Assembly (NCBI GenBank): GCA_964406605.1
Contig: CAYOSF010000010.1
Span: 117,840 to 181,839 of the forward strand
Source: an uncultured Dehalococcoidia bacterium
GTDB taxonomy: Bacteria > Chloroflexota > Dehalococcoidia > DSTF01 > RBG-16-68-14
DNA: 64,000 nt
Reading direction: 5' to 3'
In this document: one piece after another, positions 27,179-36,325 of the stretch
Layout of the letters: every line of letters starts with the position of its first letter
Position numbering within the stretch: the stretch's first letter is position 1
The notes under the pieces: generated by a model
Told to the model about the DNA's origin: nothing
Databases searched by the model: none
The model's input: only the letters and a program-made list of their open reading frames with translations
Program-made: the position numbers and the translations under genes

Positions 27179-29695
27179 CTATGCTGCTGATTCCTGGATA
27201 GCCAGGCCTTCCGCCACGTCTCGGGGGCGGCCGATGTGGTAGCCCTGCGCGTAGTCGGCGCCGAGCTCTCGCAATAGCTGCACCGTTTCGTCGTTGCCGA
27301 CGAACTCGGCGATGGTCTTCTTGCCCAGCCCCGTGGCCACCTGCACGATGGCTTGCACCAGGTGCTGGTCCACCGGGCTGTGCGGCAGGTCACGGATGAA
27401 CGAGCCATCGATCTTCAGGTAGTCGACGGGCAGGTGTTTCAGGTGGTAGAAGGACGAGAAGCCGACGCCGAAGTCGTCGAGTGCGAACTGGCAGCCCAGC
27501 CCCTTCAGTCGAGCGATCAGGCTCTGAGCTTGGGCGATGTTGGCGATGGCGGCCGTCTCGGTGACCTCCAGCACCAGGCTCGTCGGCTCGACCGACCTGG
27601 CTTCCAGCTCCCGGGAGATGAAGTCGTAGAGATCGTTGTCGGCAAAGGCCTTGCCGGACAGATTGACCTCCAGCCGCACCGCTCGTCCCGCTCGACGTTG
27701 CGCTGCTATCAGGCGGACGGCCTGGCTGATCACCCACCGGTCGATGGCGTTGATCATGCCTGAGCGTTCCGCGATTCCGATGAACGAGTCGGCTTCGATC
27801 ACGCCGTCTTTGCTGCGCAGACGGAGCAGCAGTTCATGCTGGGGTACGCTCCCGCTATGGAGGTCCAGGATTGGCTGCGCGTAGAGGCAGAACAGCCCGT
27901 GTTCCAGGGCGTCCCGGATGCGATGCTGCCACCCGAGCCTGGACTCGACCTCGGCGTGCCAGTCCATCCCGCCGGCGCAGACACTGACGCGGTTCGGCCC
28001 CTGTTCCTTGGCCTGGTACATGGCCAGATCGGCCCGGGAGAGCAGGTCCTCGGGTATCAAGCCGTGCTCTGGGTACAGCGCGATGCCGATGCTGGCGGTC
28101 ACCCGGGCCGCGCTTCCGCCGGCCTGGAAGATGTGGCCTTGGATGGAGCTCAGGAGCATGCCCGCTACCTCAAGGGCCTGCTCGCGGTCGGCGTGGGGAA
28201 GGAAGACGGCAAACTCGTCCCCGCCTGCCCGGGACACGATGTCGGAGTCGCGCAGCCGGTCTCGGAGCAGCCGGGCCAGCCCGGCGAGCAGCTCGTCGCC
28301 GGCCAGGTGGCCCAGAGTGTCGTTGATGTCCTTGAAGTCGTCCAGGTCCAGGAACAGCAGGGCGCCCCCGGTATCGTACCTCTCCGCCAGAGCCAGCTGC
28401 GTCTCCAGCTCCTCCTGGAACCGCCGCCTGTTGAACAGGCGAGTCAACGGGTCGTGATTCGCCAGGTGCACGAGGCGGTCCTCGAAGTGCTTGCGCTCGC
28501 TGATGTCCCGCACGACACCGATGAACGCCTCAGGGTTCCCCTCCCCATCGCTGACGAGCGAGGCGCTGAGTTCGGCGGGGAACCGGCTCCCGTCCTTCCT
28601 CAGCAGGCGGTACTCGATGTTCCTGACGCTTCCGGTTCGCAGGGCGGCGGCTGCATTCTCCGCGGCCCGCTGGCGGTCTTGCGGGTCCACGAATTCCATC
28701 GCGCTCCTGCCGATCATGTCGTCCGCGGTTTCGCACCCGTGCACGGCTATTGCCTGACGGTTGACCATGACGATGTTGCTGCTCAGGTCGGTGAGCGTGA
28801 TGGCGTCGGGGGACGTCTCAATGAGCGTCCGATAGCGCGACTCGCTCTCGCGCAGCGCCCGTTCCGCTCGCTTCCGCTCCGTGATGTCTCTCAAAGAACC
28901 TTCGATTGCCACCGGCGTGCCGTCTTCCGAGAGCACGAGACGGGCACCCACCGAGGCGTCTGCCACCCGGCCGTCGCCCGTCTTGAGGCGGACCTCGTAG
29001 TCGATGACCTCCCTGTTCTCCACGAGCGTCTTCACGAGGTGTGCCCGGGACTCCGGGTCTTCGTAGATGTCGAGCACCTGCGTGCCGATCAGCTCGTCGC
29101 GTGCGTATCCGTAGCCTTCCACCGAAGGGCTGATTTCCGTGATGATGCCTTCCATGTCCGTTCGGTAGAAGACGTCCCGGACGTTCTCGAAGAAGCTCCG
29201 GTACTTCGCTTCCTGTTCCCTGAGCGCCTCTTCCGCCTGTTTGCGCTCGGCGATGTCGCGCACCGCGACAGCTCTCACCGACCGGCCCTCGTACAAGACG
29301 GTTCTGCCCCTGATCTCCAGGGGGATCTCAGTCCCATCCTTTCGAAGGCCCTGCACCTCGCACGGCTCCTCGCAGCCCGACACGATGTTCCGCCAGACAG
29401 TGGCGCGGGATTCTTCCGTGACAAGAGTCAGCCCGTCCAAGCCGACGAGCTCGGCGACTTCATATCCCGAGAGCGCAGCCAGAGCCGGGTTGGCGGCCAG
29501 AATCGTGCCCCTATCGTGAATGAAGACCCCCTCAGTAGCCGCCTCGCACAGAAGCCTGAGACCTTCTCCGTCTGCTCGACGGACGTGGTCCGCTTGTATT
29601 CCCTCGGCGGATTCCGAGCCGGACCGCTCGCGGCGACTCAGAATCTCGTTGCCCGCCGGCTGCCCGGACTGCCTGTCGTGGTGTCCTTCTGCCAT
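27179..29695 (-). CDS. Multi-PAS GGDEF-EAL signalling protein (c-di-GMP cyclase/phosphodiesterase)
   Basis: It has three or four PAS-like modules. GGDEF (RAGGDEFAV) and an EAL domain (..ELLLRL.., DDFGVGFSS) are present. The start is uncertain: I use the ATG at 29695, but the ORF extends to 29839. Confidence 0.9.
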   Translation of the reverse strand: MAEGHHDRQSGQPAGNEILSRRERSGSESAEGIQADHVRRADGEGLRLLCEAATEGVFIHDRGTILAANPALAALSGYEVAELVGLDGLTLVTEESRATVWRNIVSGCEEPCEVQGLRKDGTEIPLEIRGRTVLYEGRSVRAVAVRDIAERKQAEEALREQEAKYRSFFENVRDVFYRTDMEGIITEISPSVEGYGYARDELIGTQVLDIYEDPESRAHLVKTLVENREVIDYEVRLKTGDGRVADASVGARLVLSEDGTPVAIEGSLRDITERKRAERALRESESRYRTLIETSPDAITLTDLSSNIVMVNRQAIAVHGCETADDMIGRSAMEFVDPQDRQRAAENAAAALRTGSVRNIEYRLLRKDGSRFPAELSASLVSDGEGNPEAFIGVVRDISERKHFEDRLVHLANHDPLTRLFNRRRFQEELETQLALAERYDTGGALLFLDLDDFKDINDTLGHLAGDELLAGLARLLRDRLRDSDIVSRAGGDEFAVFLPHADREQALEVAGMLLSSIQGHIFQAGGSAARVTASIGIALYPEHGLIPEDLLSRADLAMYQAKEQGPNRVSVCAGGMDWHAEVESRLGWQHRIRDALEHGLFCLYAQPILDLHSGSVPQHELLLRLRSKDGVIEADSFIGIAERSGMINAIDRWVISQAVRLIAAQRRAGRAVRLEVNLSGKAFADNDLYDFISRELEARSVEPTSLVLEVTETAAIANIAQAQSLIARLKGLGCQFALDDFGVGFSSFYHLKHLPVDYLKIDGSFIRDLPHSPVDQHLVQAIVQVATGLGKKTIAEFVGNDETVQLLRELGADYAQGYHIGRPRDVAEGLAIQESAA

Positions 29696-29878
29696 GCCGA
29701 CTGCCTTCAAATGTTGTATCGGTTCCCTCTGACGTGGAATCCAGGCCCGTCCAAGCTGGTCGGGGGACACAGCGACGCAAATACGGGAAGCGGACGACGG
29801 GCTCCGTGGGGCAGCATACGACGCCGCGAGGGGCGTCACGACGACCAGCTACACTGACTCTGCCCTTCGGGGCTGGCC

Positions 29879-31555
29879 CTACGGGACCGGCGTGGGTGAG
29901 CCCTCCGCCTCCTGTATGGCCTCAATGATGTCGCCCGGCCCGGGCCGCCTGGGCTGGATGCTGAGGAACGGGACGACCTGCTCGGTCATCATCTCATCGA
30001 CGACGCCGGCATACCGCGGCTCGTCCACGACGTTGTGATCCTCGTCCGGGTCCTCATCGAGGTCGAATAGCTGGACGGGCGCCTTGGTCTCCTCGTACAC
30101 GAGCAGCTTGTGGCGCTCCGTGCGAAACATGGCGAAGCCGTAGTTCTCGCTGTGCACCGACTCGCGGGCCGCCCCGCCGGCGGACCCCGTCACGCGGCCA
30201 AGAAGCGAGATCCCTTCGCTCCCCTTGAGCGCCGGAGCGCCCGCGATCTCGCGGATCGTCGCGGGGATGTCGACGTGCTCCACCAGATCGTCGATCACCT
30301 TGGCCTCCATTCCGCCCGGCGGCCTGACGATCAAGGGCACGCGGACGGACGGTTCGTAGAACACCATCTTGGTGAGCATGAGGTGATCGCCGAGCATCTC
30401 GCCGTGGTCGCTGGTGTAGAAGATCCACGTGTTGTCGAGGATACCCTTGCGCTCCAGCGCCGCGATGATGTCGCCGATGCGCTCGTCGATGAGCGTCACG
30501 TTGGCGTAGTAGAAGCGGCGGACCTCCTCGACGATCTCCTTCGTCAGCGTGTCGGAGTGCCCATAGGATTGGAAGGCCTCGATGAAGATGCGCAGCGGTC
30601 CGGAGTCGGGGAGTTCGGGCGGCGTGAGCGTCCCCAGCGGGACGTCGCTGCCCCGGTAGCGCTGGACGTACTCGTCGGGCGCATCCCACGGATCGTGGGG
30701 GCCGGGGAACCCCACCCACTGAAAGAACGGCTGCTCGCTGTCGTAGCTCTCGATCCACTCCGCCGCCCGCCGGCCCGTCCAGTTGTCGATATAGGCGTCG
30801 GCCGGCAGCGGGAGGGACTCGGTGTGCCACATGGGCAGGCGGTCGACGAGCTCGCCGTTGATCTCCACCTGCCCGCGCCCGTAGCGCCTGTAGGCCATCC
30901 ACTCCTGGTACGTCTCGTACAGGCCCAGGCTCTCCAGGTAGTCGCTGTACTCGGTGCGGATGTTGGCGGCGGCGTGCTTGCCCACCGTCTCGATCGGCTC
31001 GTCGAAGCCGAGGGAACTGATGTAGTCGATTCGGTCGCGCGTGTCGGCGACGCCGGCATGACGGTAGAAGTGCATCTTCCCCACGCAGCTCGTGTAATAG
31101 CCCGCCTCCTGCAGGCTCTGCAGGAACGTCGGCAGCCCGACGGGGACTTCCCACTTGTTCTCGAACACGCCGTGATCGCGAACGTAGCGCTCCGTGAGGA
31201 ACGAGGCGCGCGCCGGCATGCAGAGCGGCCCCTGGCAGTAGGTGTGGCTCAACAGCACGCCCTCTCCCGCCAGGCGATCGAGGTTGGGCGTCTGGACGAC
31301 AGGGTTGCCCTCGCAGCCCATGGCGGGCGCGCGGTGCTGATCGGCCATGATCACCAGGATGTTCGGCCGCTCCCCGGCTGACCCCGTTCCGGGAGCCGTG
31401 CCCGTCGCGCCGGCCCCCGGTGCTTCGTCGCCGTCGCCTCCGTCGCAGCCGGCGGCCAGCGCGAGGCCTGCGGCGCCGATCCCCGCGGCGCCCAGGAGCC
31501 GCCTACGCGAGATGCGTTCACGCTGAAACCACTGCCAGTAGCTCTTCCTCGTCAC
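29879..31555 (-). CDS. Sulfatase (arylsulfatase-type, formylglycine-dependent) with a Tat signal and lipobox
   Basis: The GTG at 31555 lies 4 nt after GGGAGGGAGGGAG. SRRRLLGAAGIGAAGLALAAGC is the Tat signal with lipobox. CMPAR (CxPxR) is present. ..ILVIMADQHR.. is the sulfatase N-terminal motif. Confidence 0.9.
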   Translation of the reverse strand: MTRKSYWQWFQRERISRRRLLGAAGIGAAGLALAAGCDGGDGDEAPGAGATGTAPGTGSAGERPNILVIMADQHRAPAMGCEGNPVVQTPNLDRLAGEGVLLSHTYCQGPLCMPARASFLTERYVRDHGVFENKWEVPVGLPTFLQSLQEAGYYTSCVGKMHFYRHAGVADTRDRIDYISSLGFDEPIETVGKHAAANIRTEYSDYLESLGLYETYQEWMAYRRYGRGQVEINGELVDRLPMWHTESLPLPADAYIDNWTGRRAAEWIESYDSEQPFFQWVGFPGPHDPWDAPDEYVQRYRGSDVPLGTLTPPELPDSGPLRIFIEAFQSYGHSDTLTKEIVEEVRRFYYANVTLIDERIGDIIAALERKGILDNTWIFYTSDHGEMLGDHLMLTKMVFYEPSVRVPLIVRPPGGMEAKVIDDLVEHVDIPATIREIAGAPALKGSEGISLLGRVTGSAGGAARESVHSENYGFAMFRTERHKLLVYEETKAPVQLFDLDEDPDEDHNVVDEPRYAGVVDEMMTEQVVPFLSIQPRRPGPGDIIEAIQEAEGSPTPVP

Positions 31556-31715
31556 GCTTCTCCCTCCCTCCCTGTTACCAACCGCCCGGCTCGGGCACAC
31601 GCGTGTCATCGCCGCATATCGATGCCTCGAGCGCCCAACGGGAGGCATCGATCGCGACCGGCTGTGTCACATTCTACGATGTCGGGGCCGGGGGGTGGGA
31701 GCGCGCCTGCGCCCC

Positions 31716-32876
31716 TCACCCTATCGGATACCGCCCCTCCTCAAGCGCCGTCCGGTACAGCGCGAGCGTCTTCTCGCCTGAGACGTCGTTCTGGATGTTG
31801 TGGATCGGGGCGAAGACGAAGCCGCCGCCGGGCGCCAGGTCTGCGATGCGGCGCTTGGTCTCCTGCCGCACCTCGGCCACCGTGCCGAACGGGAGCACCC
31901 GCTGCGAGTCGCAGGCGCCTCCCCAGAAGACGAGATCGCGGCCGTAGCGACGCTTCAGCTCGGCCGTGTCCCCCAGCCCGGCGGCGGAGACCTGGATGGG
32001 ATTCAGGATGTCCACCCCGATCTCGATGATGTCTGGGATGAACGCGGCCACCGACCCGCAGGAGTGCAGCATTACCTTCGCCTTCGTCCGCGCCTTTATC
32101 GTCTCAACGATGCGGGCGTGCCGCGGCTTGACAAGGCGGCGATACATGGCCGGGGAGATCATGGGACCGTCCTGCACACCCAGGTCGTCGCCGAACATGG
32201 CGACATCGAGGTACTCGCCCACCTCGTTCAGGAAGCGCTCCCAGGCCCGCACGGCCATACTCGTGAGACGCTCCAGCAGCGCTTCCGCGAACTCCGGGTT
32301 GGCCGCCAGGTCGAGCATGGACTCGGCGTAGCCCCGGATCCACTGCGGCCTGGCCAGGATGTCCCCGCCCAGACCGCAGTTGCCCACCAGCGCGTACGGG
32401 GTCCCTTGGCGGAGCGTCCGTGCCTTCTCGCGCAGCCCCGCGTAGCGAGTGGGATCGTCGGGGTCGGGCCACGAGTAGCGCTCCAGGGCCTCCAGCGTCG
32501 ATTCCTTGATCGGGGACTCGACATAATCAAAGTAGTGGCCGCCGGCCTTGGGCCGGCTCAGCTTGGCGCCCCACTGGTCGTAGTAGGTCTCGTACTCGCC
32601 CTCGTCTCGGACCTCATAGCGGAAGCCGGCCGGCGGGTTCGCGTCGACGGGCCGGAAGTCCACCTCCAGGGCCTGGAAGACCTCCTCGTGCACGGCCGCC
32701 AACTGCTGGAGCATGTTCGCGACGCTGACCTCCAGGTCCGAGCGGCCGAGGCGGGCGAGCAGGTCGGCGTAGGCGTGGAGGCAGATGCCCGTCACCTCCG
32801 TGCTGCCGAAGTCGATCGGCACGCGGTCCGGCTCCTCGTGGTTGAGCGCCGTGAGCACCCTCTCGCGGCTCAGCAT
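31716..32876 (-). CDS. Uroporphyrinogen-decarboxylase (URO-D) family protein
   Basis: The N-terminus ..LTALNHEEPDRVPIDFGST.. and the C-terminus ..FVFAPIHNIQNDV.. are typical of URO-D/MtaA-like family members. Confidence 0.8.
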   Translation of the reverse strand: MLSRERVLTALNHEEPDRVPIDFGSTEVTGICLHAYADLLARLGRSDLEVSVANMLQQLAAVHEEVFQALEVDFRPVDANPPAGFRYEVRDEGEYETYYDQWGAKLSRPKAGGHYFDYVESPIKESTLEALERYSWPDPDDPTRYAGLREKARTLRQGTPYALVGNCGLGGDILARPQWIRGYAESMLDLAANPEFAEALLERLTSMAVRAWERFLNEVGEYLDVAMFGDDLGVQDGPMISPAMYRRLVKPRHARIVETIKARTKAKVMLHSCGSVAAFIPDIIEIGVDILNPIQVSAAGLGDTAELKRRYGRDLVFWGGACDSQRVLPFGTVAEVRQETKRRIADLAPGGGFVFAPIHNIQNDVSGEKTLALYRTALEEGRYPIG

Positions 32877-32904
32877 GCCGGTCGCTCCTCTCCAGCCGCC
32901 TGCG

Positions 32905-33648
<744 letters not shown>

Positions 33649-33836
33649 GGAAATTCCTCCAGTCGTCCTCGCCGGCGTTCGTCGGTGGACCGACGGCCCT
33701 TCATCGGGAGTCGCTTCCGGTGAGCAACATGCTAGCGCCGGCCCGATGCGGCGTCAAAGAGCGCCGCTCTGGACTGTCGGCCGCGTGCTACAATCGGCGC
33801 ATCGACACGGCCGCCTCACGAGAGGAGGAAAGCACG

Positions 33837-34808
33837 ATGGCCACTGTCCTAGGCGACATAACGGCACAGGACGACTACACGCATCCCCTCGGCCCGGAGG
33901 AGAACTTCAACGAGAGCATGTACTTCAACTTCTTCGACCAGGCCAGCGGGCACGGCGGCTTCCTACGCATGGGCAACCGGGCGAACGAGGGCTACGCGGA
34001 GGTGACCCTCTGTCTCTTCCTGCCCAGCGGCGAGGTGCTCTTCAACTACAAACGCCCTGAGATCACGAGCAACGACGCCATGGACGCCGGCGGCATGCGT
34101 TTCGAGATCGTCGAGCCGCTGGAGAAGCACCACACCACCTACGAAGGCTCGGCCGTCTTTCTCACCGACCCGACGCAGATGGCCGACCCCGGTGCGGCCT
34201 TTCGCGAGAACCCGCGCAAGCGCATCTCGGTCGAGCTCGACCACGAGGCCCTCGGCCCCGCCTACGGGTCGAGCGGAGCCGGCGAGCGGGCGGGCGAGGA
34301 GGGCGGAGGATTCGCCCGCGCCCACTACGAACAGCACATGCGCGCCCGCGGGACGCTGCGCGTCGACGACGAGACCTTCGAGGTCGACGGCACCGGCCTG
34401 CGCGACCACTCGTGGGGGCCGCGCTACTGGCAGGCGATCCACTCCTACCGCTGGCTCACCTGCGCATTCGGCCCGGAGCTCTGCATCATGGTGTCCGAGG
34501 TCACGCCCAAGCCCGATGCGAGCAACCGGACCGGCATCGTCATCCGCGACGGCGCGGCGCAGCGTGTCAGCGGCTTCGAGCTGGAGTCGCGCTTCGCGGA
34601 GGGGACGCCCTATCACACCGGCATGACCGCCCGGCTTGCCCTCGAGGGCGGGGAGAAGCTGACGGTGGAGGGCGAGGTCAAGGGCTTCATCCCCCTCCGC
34701 AACCGCCGGGAGGGCATGGTGACGCACATCGGGGAGGGGATGACCCGCTACACCTGCCTCGACCGCGTCGGGTTCGGCATCTCCGAGTACCTGGACCAGG
34801 TGGAGTAG
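33837..34808 (+). CDS. Conserved hypothetical protein (323 aa)
   Basis: The ATG at 33837 follows GAGAGGAGGAAAG. ..NESMYFNFFD.. and ..LRDHSWGPRYW.. are present. It precedes a phosphotransferase/DUF6285 pair. The function is not recognised. Confidence 0.65.
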   Translation: MATVLGDITAQDDYTHPLGPEENFNESMYFNFFDQASGHGGFLRMGNRANEGYAEVTLCLFLPSGEVLFNYKRPEITSNDAMDAGGMRFEIVEPLEKHHTTYEGSAVFLTDPTQMADPGAAFRENPRKRISVELDHEALGPAYGSSGAGERAGEEGGGFARAHYEQHMRARGTLRVDDETFEVDGTGLRDHSWGPRYWQAIHSYRWLTCAFGPELCIMVSEVTPKPDASNRTGIVIRDGAAQRVSGFELESRFAEGTPYHTGMTARLALEGGEKLTVEGEVKGFIPLRNRREGMVTHIGEGMTRYTCLDRVGFGISEYLDQVE

Positions 34809-34831
34809 GCCGCACCGGCCCGGCGAGATCG

Positions 34832-35851
34832 ATGACGCCGGAAGAGCTACAGGAGCGCCTTGCCGAGTTCCTCCGCCGCGCTACCGATGCGCGGCAGGTC
34901 CGGGTCGATGGCCTGCGGCTGCTGACGGGGGGCGCCTCGCGCCAGACCTGGTCTTTCGACGCCGCCGTCGAGGCCGAGGATGGCTCGTCAAGCACGCTCC
35001 CGCTGGTCCTGCGCACCGACCCCAGCCGCGGCCCCACGGCCCTGGACCGCGACTCGGAGTATCGCCTGCTCGTGGCCGCGCGGCAGGCGGGGGTGCCCGT
35101 GCCCAAGGTCCACTTCATGGGCGACGACTCGCTGGACTCGCCGTTCTTCATCATGGAGCGTGTGGAGGGCGAGACGATCCCCCGCCGGATCCTCCGCGAT
35201 GACGAGTACGCCGGGGCCCGGCGCGACATGGCCGGGCAGCTCGGAGCGATCCTGGCCAAGCTTCACGCCATCCCAGTGGACGAGAGCGGCCTCGATATCC
35301 TCCCCGGTCCCGCGCCGGGACGCCGGCCGGCGGAAGAGGAGCTGGCTCGCTTCCAGCAGGTCTACCGGGCCATCGCCCTGGAGCCTCATCCCGCCTTCGA
35401 GCTGGCGTTCCGCTGGCTGCAGCAGCAACTCCCCTCCGGGACGGAGCGCGCGCTCGTCCACGGCGACTACCGTATCGGGAACATGATCGTCGGGCCGGAG
35501 GGGGTCCGTGCCGTGCTCGACTGGGAGCTATCCCATATCGGCGACCCGATGGAGGACCTGGGCTGGATCTGCGTGCGGTCGTGGCGCTTCGGCAACGACG
35601 ATCTGCCCGTGGCCGGCGTCGGCACCCGCGAGGAGTTCTGGCGCGCCTACGAAGGGGCGGGCGGCCGGGCCGTGGAGCCTGAGCGCGTGCGCTTCTGGGA
35701 GACGTTCGGCAACCTGCGCTGGGGGATCATCTGCATCAGCCAGTCGCGCACCTACATCGACGGGCGCAGCCCCAGCGTGGAGTTGGCCAGCATCGGCCGT
35801 CGCATCGCCGAGACGGAGTGGGAGCTGCTGAACCTGGTGGAGGGCCGCTAG
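34832..35851 (+). CDS. Phosphotransferase-family protein (APH/choline-kinase fold)
   Basis: ..LTGGASRQTW.. is present. The catalytic motif is LVHGDYRIGNMIV, followed by LDWELSHIGDP. Confidence 0.85.
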   Translation: MTPEELQERLAEFLRRATDARQVRVDGLRLLTGGASRQTWSFDAAVEAEDGSSSTLPLVLRTDPSRGPTALDRDSEYRLLVAARQAGVPVPKVHFMGDDSLDSPFFIMERVEGETIPRRILRDDEYAGARRDMAGQLGAILAKLHAIPVDESGLDILPGPAPGRRPAEEELARFQQVYRAIALEPHPAFELAFRWLQQQLPSGTERALVHGDYRIGNMIVGPEGVRAVLDWELSHIGDPMEDLGWICVRSWRFGNDDLPVAGVGTREEFWRAYEGAGGRAVEPERVRFWETFGNLRWGIICISQSRTYIDGRSPSVELASIGRRIAETEWELLNLVEGR

Positions 35852-35855
35852 ACCC

Positions 35856-36245
35856 ATGCAAGACCGTCCCACGTATGACGAGCTTCTTTCCGCCGTCGAG
35901 CGCTTCCTCGACGACGAGATCGTCGCCAACATCGAGGGCGCTCGTCGCTTCCACGCCCGGGTCGCCGCCAACGTGCTGCGCATCGTCCGTCGCGAGCTGG
36001 CGAACGAGGAAGAGCATCTCGATCGAGAATGGACCGGCCTCGATGAGATCCTCGGCCCCGCCGAGCGCCCGCCCTCCCGCGCCGCGTTCCTGGAGGCGCT
36101 CACCGACCGCAACGAGGAGCTGTGCCGGCGCATCCGCGCAGGCGATACCGACGGCGGCCCCTTTCGCGAGGGCGTCTACGCCCACGTCCGCAGGACCGTT
36201 CGCGACAAGCTCCTCGTCACGAATCCCGGGTGGCTGGGGGAGTAG
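35856..36245 (+). CDS. DUF6285-like small protein (usual partner of the preceding phosphotransferase)
   Basis: It starts 5 nt after the upstream stop and encodes 129 aa (..RPTYDELLSAVERFLDDEI..ARVAANVLRIVRREL..). Confidence 0.65.
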   Translation: MQDRPTYDELLSAVERFLDDEIVANIEGARRFHARVAANVLRIVRRELANEEEHLDREWTGLDEILGPAERPPSRAAFLEALTDRNEELCRRIRAGDTDGGPFREGVYAHVRRTVRDKLLVTNPGWLGE

Positions 36246-36250
36246 GGGAG
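36128..36250 (+). repeat. Direct repeat copy 1 (3' end of 35856..36245)
   Basis: It aligns with 39303-39426. I count about 11 mismatches in ~120 nt. Confidence 0.8.
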
Positions 36251-36325
36251 CCGAAGTCCTGAGCCGGAATCCGGGGCGGCCGGCCGCTCTTCTAGGGCCC
36301 GCCGGTCATGGAGTAGCCCAGCATA